Positions 27,342-36,134 of a stretch of 64,000 nucleotides of DNA are shown here, one piece after another. Location of the stretch: the NCBI RefSeq assembly GCF_030539355.1, contig NZ_JAUNSF010000005.1, positions 3,011 through 67,010 of the forward strand, in the 5' to 3' direction. The translations under genes and the position numbers were made by a program. Within the stretch, counting starts at the first letter, position 1. Every line of letters starts with the position of its first letter. This DNA comes from Sutterella sp. Lineage in GTDB: Bacteria; Pseudomonadota; Gammaproteobacteria; Burkholderiales; Burkholderiaceae_F. The notes below the pieces were generated by a model. That model had not been told where the DNA came from and searched no databases. It saw only the letters and a list, made by a program, of their open reading frames with translations.

Positions 27342-28502
27342 TTACTCTCCCTCGACCACGCGGATCGCGCCGCCCTCGCTCGGCTTGTGCGTGCCGTCCG
27401 TGACCACGGTCTCGCCCACGGCGAGGCCCGAGGTGATGACGGCGGCCGAGTCCGAGAGGGTGCCGAGCTCGATGCGGCGCTTCTCAACGGTCTTCGCGCC
27501 GTCGGACGAGTCCTTCACGACCCAGACCCAGGCGCCGTCGGCGTCATGCATGACGGCCGAGGGCAGCACGCCCACGGCGGCGCCGGGATTGGCGCGCGTC
27601 ACGTGCACGGCGACGGTCGATCCGGCGACGAGCGTCTCGTCGGGGTTCGCGACCACCGCGTAGACGTCGAGCGTGTCGGTGTCGGTGCCGGCCTGGTTGC
27701 TCGTGAAGCCGACGGTGTTCTCGGCCGGGAGCTTCGTGCCGTTCGCGAGCTCGACCGTGATGCGCGCGTCCGAGGAGAGCGCCTTCACGGAGCCGAAGAG
27801 CGAGAGGATGTCCTTCATGCTGAGCGCAAAGCGCACGCGGATCGGGTCGGTGACCACGACCGAGGTGAGGGCCGAGGAGCTCGTCGTGATCCAGCTCCCC
27901 ACCGGGTAGACCGAGACGCCCGCGCGCCCGTCGGCGGGCGAGGTGATCTCGCAGTGCTTGAGGTCATCCTCGGCGAGTGTGACACTTGCCTCGGCTTTGA
28001 GCACAGCGGCCTGGGCGGTCTTCTCCGTGCGCACGGCCGAGTCGTAGGTGTCGCGGCTCTCGGCCTGGCGTTCGTAGAGGCTCTTGGCGCGGGCGAGGGC
28101 CGTCTTCGCGTAGGCGAGCTCGGCCTTCGCCTCGGCGAGGTCGCCCTTCGCGTCCTTGAGCGCGGCCTCGTAGCGCACCGGGTCGAGGCGGTAGAGCACG
28201 TCGCCCTTCTTCACGCGTCCGCCCTCGGCGAAGTTCTGCTCGATGATCTCGCCCGAGACGCGGGTTGTGATGTCCACGGCCGCAGGCGACACAACGCGCG
28301 CGGCATAGCGGCGGGCGGGGAGCTCGGAGACCGCGAACACCTTGCCCACGGCCACGGCCGGGGCCTTGCGGGCGGGCATGCCGCCCTCGTTCGCGAAGGA
28401 AACGGAGGGAAGGGCGGTGCCGAGCGCAAGGAATGCGCAGAGAACGAGCGCCTTCGTGGAACTGCCCGGGCAGGGGCGATGAATCGGATTCTGTGCGTGC
28501 AT
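27342..28502 (-). CDS. RND efflux periplasmic adaptor (membrane fusion protein)
   Basis: 386 aa. Signal sequence, coiled-coil hairpin (..YEAALKDAKGDLAEAKAELAYAKTALARAKSLYE..), beta-barrel C-terminus. Ends 6 nt before the RND gene. Confidence 0.9.
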   Translation of the reverse strand: MHAQNPIHRPCPGSSTKALVLCAFLALGTALPSVSFANEGGMPARKAPAVAVGKVFAVSELPARRYAARVVSPAAVDITTRVSGEIIEQNFAEGGRVKKGDVLYRLDPVRYEAALKDAKGDLAEAKAELAYAKTALARAKSLYERQAESRDTYDSAVRTEKTAQAAVLKAEASVTLAEDDLKHCEITSPADGRAGVSVYPVGSWITTSSSALTSVVVTDPIRVRFALSMKDILSLFGSVKALSSDARITVELANGTKLPAENTVGFTSNQAGTDTDTLDVYAVVANPDETLVAGSTVAVHVTRANPGAAVGVLPSAVMHDADGAWVWVVKDSSDGAKTVEKRRIELGTLSDSAAVITSGLAVGETVVTDGTHKPSEGGAIRVVEGE

Positions 28503-28545
28503 GTTTTCTGGGAATTTTTTTTGAGAGGGAGGATTCGTTTGCTCT

Positions 28546-29094
28546 TCAGAGGGCCTTCTCGATGCGGGGACGTCCCTTGATTGCCTGTTTCACCTGACGC
28601 TCCGCGGCGATCTCGTGGAGCTTCTGCGCGGCGTGCTCGATGACTCGCCAGAAGGTCTCGATGTCCTCGCGCGGCAGCCCCTCCGCGGCGGCGCTCCAGA
28701 TGCCGCAGAGCTCGTTGCCCTTCACGGACTCGCGGCCGAGGTCGGTGAGCCGGATGGAATAGGCGCGGTGGTCGTGCTCGAGACGCTCGCGGGTGAGCAG
28801 TCCCCCGCGCTCGAGCTGCGTGACCGCCTCGGAAACCGTGGAGACCGGCAGGCACGTGTGGGTGACGATGTCCTTGAGGCGCATGCCGTTCGGGTACTGC
28901 TGCTCCGTCTTGATGAGGGTGGAGAGCGTGCGCCCCACGGCGATCGGCACGCGGCCCGAGCGCACGTCTGCCTTCTGCCGCGGCGTCTCGGCGCCGAGCA
29001 CGAGGAGCGAGAGCCCGAGATCGATGATGTCGGTGACGTGCAGGTGTTCAGGGGTGAAGGGAGCGGAATCGGAAGGCTGGCCGGATATCGACAT
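28546..29094 (-). CDS. MarR family transcriptional regulator
   Basis: 182 aa. Winged HTH ..MRLKDIVTHTCLPVSTVSEAVTQLERGGLLTRERLEHDHRAYSIRLTDLGRE... First gene of the efflux operon. Confidence 0.88.
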   Translation of the reverse strand: MSISGQPSDSAPFTPEHLHVTDIIDLGLSLLVLGAETPRQKADVRSGRVPIAVGRTLSTLIKTEQQYPNGMRLKDIVTHTCLPVSTVSEAVTQLERGGLLTRERLEHDHRAYSIRLTDLGRESVKGNELCGIWSAAAEGLPREDIETFWRVIEHAAQKLHEIAAERQVKQAIKGRPRIEKAL

Positions 29095-29284
29095 GGAGAC
29101 GGTTGCAGTCAGTGCAATAGAAACAAGGCCGCCCGGGAAACCGCCTCGGGAGGAGACGGAGGTTCGGGGACGGCCTGAGAAAAGAGATGCTTCGGTTTCC
29201 GAAATAATAGTGCGACATTGTTGAACAAGTGCGCTTTATGGGGCGGAAAGTGCTTCAGAGTGCAACAACGAGGCAGTCATTGCC

Positions 29285-29325
29285 CAAAAGCGAAGGCTCC
29301 CGGGCGTGGCAGTCCGGGAGCCTTC
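29285..29325 (-). terminator. rho-independent terminator of VIT-vWA gene
   Basis: 12-bp stem GAAGGCTCCCGG (29292-29303) / CCGGGAGCCTTC (29314-29325). On the minus strand it is followed by GCTTTTGGG. Confidence 0.6.
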
Positions 29326-29355
29326 GGGGGCAGTGTCGCAGCAGGACAATCAGAT

Positions 29356-31797
29356 TCAGTCGGTCCAGTTCTCCACGATCCGTTCGAGCACCTCTCTCTG
29401 ATGCCCGTCGAGGAACTTCATGGCCTCCTCGACGTCGTCCCGGCCGAGTTCCTCGATGAGTTCGTCGAGAGCCGCCGAGGCCGCCGCGTTGAGGCGGCAG
29501 TTCCTGCCCTCGGGTTCGAGCGTGAGGATCCGCGTGAGCCAGATGAGGAAGACCGCGGCGCAGAGCTCCTCCTGCTCGTACTCGAGTTTCTCCTCGAAGA
29601 TGTCCGGATCCTGCTCCTCCAGGTAATCCTGGATCGGCGAGAAGCATTCATACGGGATGTCCCTCACGGCCGCCGCAGGATCGCCGGCCGCATTGATGTC
29701 GCTGACAATCTGTTCAAGAGATGTGATGACATGCTCTTCAGCGGCCGGCTCCTGGTCCGAGTCCGCACCTGAGGAATCGCCGTCCGCTCTGTTCATGTAC
29801 TCCCGGACTCTGTCGGCCAGACTCTTTCCGTTCACGATCCCAAGTCCCTCGGCTGTTGCGCGGTCCAGGGCAGCTCGAGTTCTTGCGGATTCCTTGGGAG
29901 TGGAGACACAGCGATAGTAGATCTTCACGGGGTCGGGCTCCCCGTCGATCGGGGCGTCCACCTCGAAGGATTCAGACGGAGCTTCGAGTTCCAGATCCGT
30001 ACCATCCAGTTCCAGATCCATATCGTCCGTATCGCATTTCATGATCTGGTTGAAGCAGATGACGTCATCGGCAACCATCTGCGGGACGCGGACGAGCTTC
30101 GGCATGCCTTCGGTCTTCTCGGCCTCGGCACGGACCTTCGCGAGGATGAAGCGGGTCTCGGGCGTGAGCAGTCCGTTCTCCGCGGCAAACGCGGCAAGAT
30201 CCTCTTCCTCGTCCGCATCCGTTTCCTCACCGGCACGGTTCCGGAGCGCCCGGTACTGCGCCGCGGCGACAAGCTTGCGGACGGCCTCGGCGAGGGCGCC
30301 CTCGGCTCGGATCACCTCGAGCGGCACGCGGGTCTTCGCCCCGTTCATGCCGTGGGAGAAGACGGGCGCCTTCCCGGGCACTTCGGAGAGCGTCAGCGAG
30401 ACAGAGACGGAGAGCCCCTCGGCGAAGCCGCGGGAGAACAGAAACCCGCCCGACTCGAAGCCGTGGAAGTCCACCATGGCGAAGGGGATCTTCTCGCTTC
30501 TCGCGGCGGCCATCGCACGCGCCACCACCGTGCGCATGTCCTCGGCCGGGTAGACGCGCTCGTAGTTGCCGTCAGTCTCGCGGGTAAGCTCGGCGAGCGC
30601 GCCGCTTCCTGAATGGCTGCCGACCATGATCACGTGTACGGAGCCTTTCTCCGCGATGCGCTCGGTGACTTCGTCGAGGCTGTCCCAGATCGCGCCGTCC
30701 GTGATGAGGAGGATGTCGGCCTTGGAGCGCGGGTTCTGGCGGCTCACGGCGTTGAGCGCCGCGGCCATCTCCGTGCCGCCGAGGTCGGCTTCCATGCCGA
30801 GGCAGGCCGGCAGGAAGTCGCGGCGCAGGAACGAGGCCGTCGCCGTCGTGAGCTTCGGGATCACGGCGTCAATGCTGCTCCCGAAGCGGGTAAGCGAGAC
30901 CTTGTCGTCGCCCCGGAGCTCGTCCGCGAGCGCGGCGAGGGCCTGGCGCACCTGCCGGATGGGAATGCCGTGCATCGAGCCCGAGCAGTCCGTGAGGATC
31001 TTGAGCGCGGCGGGATGAAGCGCCTTCTCCGTTTCGCCGGCCGTCACGACGGCGAGCGCGGCGCAGCCTTCCTCCCGGGGGCTGACCCAGCAGACGTTGA
31101 CGGGCGCGACGTCCTCGAAGCGGAGCGCAATGTCGCGGCTCGCCGCGGCGCGCTCGATCGTCACCTCGAGCGCCCCGTCCTTCGCCGCCACCGTCGCGGC
31201 GTGGGAGAGGGCGGTGAAGCGCCCCTTCGTGCAGGCGCCTTTAACGGTGAGCCTGAGCGACACCGGGATCTCGGCGCGGATGTCGGAGACGATCTGCTGA
31301 TGGGGCTTGAGCGTCCCCTGGCCGCCCGAGGCGCTGTAGCGCTCGCCCACGACGGTCGGGATCACCAGGCGCACGGTGCCGTGATTCAGGTCGAGCATCT
31401 CGGCCGTTGAGATCTCGAGCACCACCTCGTCGCCTTTCTTCAGGTTGCCGAGGTTCGCAGTGGCGATGCCGAGGTGCGGGTCGCTCACCTCGAGCATCAG
31501 CGGGAGGTCGCCCTCGGAGATGCTCTTCTCATACTGGGCCTCGGCCTTCGCCGCGGGGAGGATCCTCGCCTCGAGCTTCTCGCCATTGATGACTGCGGCA
31601 AAGTGCGTGACGACGCTCCCCGAGGAGAGCGGGAAGGAGTAGACGGCCTCCGCCGGGTCGTCGCCCGTGTGGCGGAAGGTCTGGCGGCAGGTGAGGGTGA
31701 GCAGCAGCCCGTTGAGTTCGCCGTCCCAGCGAATCCCCTCGATCGCCGTGGATTCTGGATTTAAGCCGGTGAGCCCGAACGTGTCAGTGTCGAACAT
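29356..31797 (-). CDS. cytoplasmic VIT domain + von Willebrand factor A (vWA) domain protein with long acidic C-terminal region
   Basis: ORF 29356..31833; ATG 31797 is preceded by AAGGAA. VIT-like N-terminus (..LTCRQTFRHTGDDPAEAVYSFPLSSGSVVTHFAAVINGEKLEARI..), vWA with MIDAS DxSxS (ILTDCSGSMHG). No signal peptide or TM helix. Asp/Glu-rich C-terminal third. Confidence 0.85.
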   Translation of the reverse strand: MFDTDTFGLTGLNPESTAIEGIRWDGELNGLLLTLTCRQTFRHTGDDPAEAVYSFPLSSGSVVTHFAAVINGEKLEARILPAAKAEAQYEKSISEGDLPLMLEVSDPHLGIATANLGNLKKGDEVVLEISTAEMLDLNHGTVRLVIPTVVGERYSASGGQGTLKPHQQIVSDIRAEIPVSLRLTVKGACTKGRFTALSHAATVAAKDGALEVTIERAAASRDIALRFEDVAPVNVCWVSPREEGCAALAVVTAGETEKALHPAALKILTDCSGSMHGIPIRQVRQALAALADELRGDDKVSLTRFGSSIDAVIPKLTTATASFLRRDFLPACLGMEADLGGTEMAAALNAVSRQNPRSKADILLITDGAIWDSLDEVTERIAEKGSVHVIMVGSHSGSGALAELTRETDGNYERVYPAEDMRTVVARAMAAARSEKIPFAMVDFHGFESGGFLFSRGFAEGLSVSVSLTLSEVPGKAPVFSHGMNGAKTRVPLEVIRAEGALAEAVRKLVAAAQYRALRNRAGEETDADEEEDLAAFAAENGLLTPETRFILAKVRAEAEKTEGMPKLVRVPQMVADDVICFNQIMKCDTDDMDLELDGTDLELEAPSESFEVDAPIDGEPDPVKIYYRCVSTPKESARTRAALDRATAEGLGIVNGKSLADRVREYMNRADGDSSGADSDQEPAAEEHVITSLEQIVSDINAAGDPAAAVRDIPYECFSPIQDYLEEQDPDIFEEKLEYEQEELCAAVFLIWLTRILTLEPEGRNCRLNAAASAALDELIEELGRDDVEEAMKFLDGHQREVLERIVENWTD

Positions 31798-31917
31798 GAA
31801 GTTTTCCTTGTGCCCGGGGATTTCCGCGGGCAAAAGCGTCCTTGAGGGAGCCGCAAGCCGGGGCGCGGTTCCCTTTCTTCAAAAGGCAGGAGTCACTGCG
31901 GACAGAGGTGCAGCGAA

Positions 31918-32319
31918 TCAGCCGTTGGTCTGCTTCGGTACGATTTCAATGATCTGCCTGATGAATTCACGCACGTCCTGTGCATTCATGCGAGCCTTCT
32001 CCGGATCGATTTCGAGTGATATTCCAGGCGCGATGTAGATGTGACTTCGTACGCTGACGGATCCCGGGCGCGGGGCCGGTTCTGAAGCGGTCTCCGGTGC
32101 AGTCATCATCGAACGGATGCTGTCGAGCGACCGGCCTTCGTCGGTGAGCCGTCGGATGCGGAGGAGCTGCTCGAGGTGCGACGAGGTGTAGTACGCGGCG
32201 CGCCTTTCACCGATGGGCCGGTCAGCGAGGCCGTTCTGGATGTAGAAGCGGATGGTTCTGACCGAGAGTCCGGTGAGGCGGCTCAGATCGTCGATGCTGT
32301 ATCGAATGATGTCGCTCAT
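31918..32319 (-). CDS. MerR family transcriptional regulator
   Basis: 133 aa. MSDIIRYSIDDLSRLTGLSVRTIRFYIQNGLADRPIGERRAAYYTSSHLEQLLRIRRLTDEGRSLDSIRSMM is a MerR HTH plus coiled-coil. GAAGGAAC RBS. Confidence 0.88.
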   Translation of the reverse strand: MSDIIRYSIDDLSRLTGLSVRTIRFYIQNGLADRPIGERRAAYYTSSHLEQLLRIRRLTDEGRSLDSIRSMMTAPETASEPAPRPGSVSVRSHIYIAPGISLEIDPEKARMNAQDVREFIRQIIEIVPKQTNG

Positions 32320-32339
32320 GAGCAGATGTTCCTTCTCTC

Positions 32340-32381
32340 TGACAGCATAATAACACTTCTTCTGTCAAAGTCAAGTGTCAA
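32340..32381 (-). promoter_or_regulatory. promoter/operator of the MerR - VIT-vWA operon
   Basis: Minus strand: TTGACT (32374-32369), 16 nt, TATTAT (32352-32347). Dyad TGACAG-N16-CTGTCA (32340-32367) straddles the -10. AT-rich island in a GC-rich genome. Confidence 0.5.
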
Positions 32382-32411
32382 AAAAAGAATTCACGTGCGC
32401 AGCGCCGGGGT

Positions 32412-33872
32412 TCAGCTGAACTCAAGCTCCTCGGAGGCGATCCTGCTCATGTTCTCAAGCGAGACGTGATCGACCTGCTCGACGAACCAGCCGTTCGCCT
32501 GGTACATCTGCATGAAGTCGGCGATCCGGTTCTGTCCGTCGCGGTTCCTCAGGGTCACGACGATCGAGAAGGGCAGGGCGTTCTCGCGAAGGGGCTTGAG
32601 CCGGTTGTTCGAGATCACGCCGAAGCCGTAGAGATCGCGGTAGTTCTTGAGCCCCTTGCTGATGATCTTTTTGATGACCTTGGTGTTGTTCCACTTGCCG
32701 TCGGAGCGGCGGGCGGTTTTCTCGGATATTTTTTCGCCGGCGTTCCCAAGGGACGAGGGTTGTTCAATTTCTCCGTTCTCCATGATTCTGCCGAACCGCA
32801 GGCCGAGCTCGGTGAGCGTGTAGTCGACGCCCTGTTCTCTCAGGCAGGGCGGGAAGTAGCAGAGCGTCGCCCGCATATTCCAGTTGAACCTGTTGAACTT
32901 GTCGCGCGGGACGGGAAGGTCATGTCTGAAGGTCCTGTAGTTTAGGACCTTTCCCTGAATGACAAAACGGATCTCGCTCGGTTCGCATGAAATGATGCTT
33001 CCGATGTGGGCGGGGACGACGCCGTGTCCGAGTTCCGCGGTGTTCCGGCTGTTCTCCGGGACCCAGCCCTCCGCGCTGTCGATGAGGAGCGCCTTGGCCG
33101 TTTCCCGGGAAAAACCGAGGACATGGATCATGTAGGCGATTTTTCGCGTGATCCAGGGGGCGGCGTAGGAAGTGCCGCTCACGAATCTGGCGCCCTGGCC
33201 GGAGCAGATCTGGACCTTGGTTTCCGGTCTCAGTCCGTCGCCGCCGAAGCAGGCGACGTCGGGCTTGGTGAAATAGTGAAGAACTGGCCCGGTTCTGGTG
33301 TAGGAGGCCGGGTTCCCCGCGAGATCGGTGGCGTTCACTGTGATCGCGTTGATGGAGTCCGCGGGCGCCCCGATTTTCATCGGCAGATCCGACCCTGTCG
33401 CGGGCTTGTTGGTGCCGGCGACGATGAAGATCACGTTGAATTCCGCCTGAAGCGCATCGAGCAGGGCTCCCTCCGGCGAGATGAAGAAGTCGCGGATTTC
33501 CTCCCTCGATCCGAGAGAGATGTTCCAGACACGGATGTCAGTGTTGGTGCGGACAATGTCGCGCACCATCTTCATGAGCGCGAAGGAACTCATCGGCGAG
33601 GCATAGCCGACGCCGAAGTGACGGACGCGGAACCGGCCGCAGCCGTCCTCGCGCCCGGGGTTCCCCGCGGGGCCGTCCACGATGATGGAGGTAACCTCGG
33701 TGCCGTGCTGATAGTCCTTCTCGGTGAGCGTAATGGCGGGGTCGACGAGTCGGTGATACTCCACCCAGTCCCTGAAATAGACGTTCGTGGAGAACTGGGT
33801 GTCGATGACGCCGACGACGGGTTCATTGCCCGGGGGCGGGATGCTGATCAGCCCGGGGGCGCCGCCGGGGGC
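32412..33872 (-). CDS. S8 family (subtilisin-like) serine peptidase, intracellular, 5' end undefined/possibly truncated
   Basis: Part of the 656-aa ORF 32412..34382. Triad motifs VVGVIDTQF (Asp), YQHGTEVTSII (His), VSGTSYAAPWI (Ser), and oxyanion NISLGS. No signal peptide. No ATG/GTG/TTG between the Asp motif and the pepT junction. The portion above about 33873 is antisense to pepT. Confidence 0.8.
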   Translation of the reverse strand, partial: APGGAPGLISIPPPGNEPVVGVIDTQFSTNVYFRDWVEYHRLVDPAITLTEKDYQHGTEVTSIIVDGPAGNPGREDGCGRFRVRHFGVGYASPMSSFALMKMVRDIVRTNTDIRVWNISLGSREEIRDFFISPEGALLDALQAEFNVIFIVAGTNKPATGSDLPMKIGAPADSINAITVNATDLAGNPASYTRTGPVLHYFTKPDVACFGGDGLRPETKVQICSGQGARFVSGTSYAAPWITRKIAYMIHVLGFSRETAKALLIDSAEGWVPENSRNTAELGHGVVPAHIGSIISCEPSEIRFVIQGKVLNYRTFRHDLPVPRDKFNRFNWNMRATLCYFPPCLREQGVDYTLTELGLRFGRIMENGEIEQPSSLGNAGEKISEKTARRSDGKWNNTKVIKKIISKGLKNYRDLYGFGVISNNRLKPLRENALPFSIVVTLRNRDGQNRIADFMQMYQANGWFVEQVDHVSLENMSRIASEELEFS

Positions 33873-33873
33873 G

Positions 33874-34943
33874 GCATCGTCTACGGCTGGATCGAGGCGA
33901 CGCCGGGCTGTGAGAAGGCGCCGGCGCTCGGCCTCATCGCCCACATGGATACCTCGCCCGAGGCGAGCGGCGATCCGGCCCGCTGGCGCGTGATTGATTA
34001 CCGGGGCGGCGACATTGTCTTGAACGAGGAGAAGGGCATCGTCCTCACGCTCGACCGGTTCCCGGAGGTCGCGAAGTACGCGGGCGAAAAGCTCGTCGTC
34101 ACCGACGGAACGACGCTCCTCGGCGCCGATGACAAGGCGGGCGTGGCGGCGCTCATGCAGGCGGCGAAGTACTTCGCCGACCATCCGGAGGTGCCGCACG
34201 CGAGGCTCTGCTTCTGCGTGACGCCCGATGAGGAGGTGGGTCTCGGCACCGCGGACTTCCGTCGCGAGGAGTTCGGGGCCGACTACGCCTACACGATCGA
34301 CGGGGGCGAGATCGGGGCGCTCGACACGGAGACCCTCAACGCCGCGCTCGTCACGGCGCATTTCGAGGGGCTCAACACCCATCCGGGGTCCGCGAAGAAC
34401 AAGATGGTGAACGCGATCCGCATGGCGACGGACTTCATCAGCCGCTTTCCCTCGGAGAGCGTTCCCGAGAAGACTTCAGGGTACGAGGGGTTCTTCCACC
34501 CGGTGAGCGTCACGGGCTCGGTCGGTGAGGCCGAGGTCCGGCTCCTCATCCGCGACCACGACAACGCGAAGTTCGAGGACCGGAAGGCCTACGCCCGCAA
34601 GGTGGGCGAGGAGATGAACCGCGCCTGGGGCGGCCGCGTGACGGTCACCGTCCGCGACCAGTACTACAACCTGAGCAACTACCTCGAGGACTTCCCCGTC
34701 GTCACCGCCAGCGCCCGCGAGGCCATGAAGCGCGCCGGTGTGGAGATCGTCGAGGAGCCGGTGAGGGGCGGCACGGACGGCTGCAGGATCTCGTCGATGG
34801 GGCTTCCGACGCCCAACTTCTTCGCGGGCGGCCTTTTCTTCCACTCGGTCTACGAGTGCCTGCCGGTGAAGTCGCTCGATAAGGCGTACGAGGTCGCGCG
34901 GACCCTCTGCGAAATGTCGGCCGAGATCAGGACGCTGCGCTGA
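33874..34943 (+). pseudogene. pepT: peptidase T (tripeptide aminopeptidase), 5'-truncated (about 50 N-terminal codons and start missing)
   Basis: C-terminal part of the 645-aa ORF. GIVYGWIEATPG..ALGLIAHMDTSPEASG..YRGGDIVL..TDGTTLLGADDKAGVAALM..GYEGFFH..RGGTDG aligns with E. coli PepT from about residue 55 to the end. Sequence upstream of 33874 is antisense S8, with no start or RBS. Confidence 0.8.
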
Positions 34944-35091
34944 GCTTTCTCTGCCCGGGACGACGGCGCCTCGTCCCGGGGCGCCGCCTTGTCCGCCGGG
35001 TGACGTGAAAGAGTCGCGTCCGCCCGCTCCCGGCGGGCGGCCCGTGGCGTAATATCCCGGCACCTCGAACACCCAGCCCTCGCATTCACCC

Positions 35092-36039
35092 ATGACCGCC
35101 CCCGAGCCATCCTCCGTCCGCCGTCCCGTCGATCTCACCGCGTTTCTCATCTGCGTCGTGCTCTCGGCCATCTGGGGCATGCAGCAGACGGCGATCAAGG
35201 CCGCGGGCGTCGACATCTCGCCGATGCTGCAGGTGGGCGTGCGCTCGGGCGCCTCGGCGCTCCTGCTGCTGCTTGCCAACCGCTTCTGGCTCCACGAGTC
35301 CTGGGCGGGGAAGGTGAAGCTGCGCGACGCCATTCTCGTGGGACTCGGCTTCACGGGCGAATTCCTCTTCGTCGCCGAGGGCCTGCGCTTCACAACGGCC
35401 TCGCACATGTCGGTGCTGCTTTACACGGCGCCCTTCTTTGCGGCGATGGGGCTCTCGATCAAACTGCCCGAGGAGCGCCTCAACCTCGTGCAGTGGCTCG
35501 GGCTCCTCACGGCCTTCCTCGGCATCGTGGTCGCGTTCCTCGTGCCGGCGCTCCTCGAGGAGTCGGGCCACGAGGGCATGCTCTGGATCGTGGGCGACCT
35601 GCTCGGTCTCCTCTCCGGCGTCTCCTGGGGCTGCACGACGATCTTCCTGCGCACGACCACGATGAACAACGCGCCGGCGACGCTGATGCTCTTCGCGCAG
35701 CTCGCCTGCGGCTGCGTGATCCTGACGCCCCTGGCGTTCCTCACCGGGCAGGATGTCTGCAACTTCACGCCCGTGAGCATGGCGAGCATGTTCTTCCAGA
35801 TCGTCATCGTGTCGTTCGCGAGTTACCTCGTCTGGAACTTCCTCCTGAGAAAGTACCTCGCCGCGCGCCTCGGCATCCTCGTCTTCATGACGCCCTTCTT
35901 CGGTGTGCTCTTCTCGGTGCTCCTCCTCGGTGACTCGATCGGCGCCACGTTCGTCGTCGGCTGCGCGCTCATGCTCGCGGGCCTCATGATGGTTCAGGCG
36001 AAGAACCTCAGGCACTTCCCCGGCAGGAAGCGCGGCTGA
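35092..36039 (+). CDS. DMT superfamily (EamA-like) transporter
   Basis: 315 aa, 10 predicted TM helices, two EamA-like halves. Confidence 0.85.
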   Translation: MTAPEPSSVRRPVDLTAFLICVVLSAIWGMQQTAIKAAGVDISPMLQVGVRSGASALLLLLANRFWLHESWAGKVKLRDAILVGLGFTGEFLFVAEGLRFTTASHMSVLLYTAPFFAAMGLSIKLPEERLNLVQWLGLLTAFLGIVVAFLVPALLEESGHEGMLWIVGDLLGLLSGVSWGCTTIFLRTTTMNNAPATLMLFAQLACGCVILTPLAFLTGQDVCNFTPVSMASMFFQIVIVSFASYLVWNFLLRKYLAARLGILVFMTPFFGVLFSVLLLGDSIGATFVVGCALMLAGLMMVQAKNLRHFPGRKRG

Positions 36040-36063
36040 TCATCTGATTCCCCAGACAAGGAA

Positions 36064-36098
36064 ACGCCGCCTCCCCGGGCTTCCGGGCGAGGCGGCGT
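36064..36098. terminator. bidirectional hairpin terminator
   Basis: 10-bp stem ACGCCGCCTC / GAGGCGGCGT enclosing CCCGG-GCTT-CCGGG. T-rich flanks on both strands, between convergent genes. Confidence 0.6.
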
Positions 36099-36134
36099 CT
36101 GTTCTCAGGGATCAGCGTTCAGGCAGAGGGGCGG

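Noticed and set aside
24222-29094. MarR-MFP-RND operon lacks an outer-membrane factor gene
   Set aside because: This is common, because TolC-type channels are often encoded elsewhere. The 387-bp gap downstream (23835-24221) shows no OMF remnant that I could translate.
33006-34382. N-terminal extensions that make the S8 ORF 656 aa and the pepT ORF 645 aa
   Set aside because: Each extension is simply the antisense of the other gene's real coding region. Homology to S8 and PepT stops at about 33872/33874.
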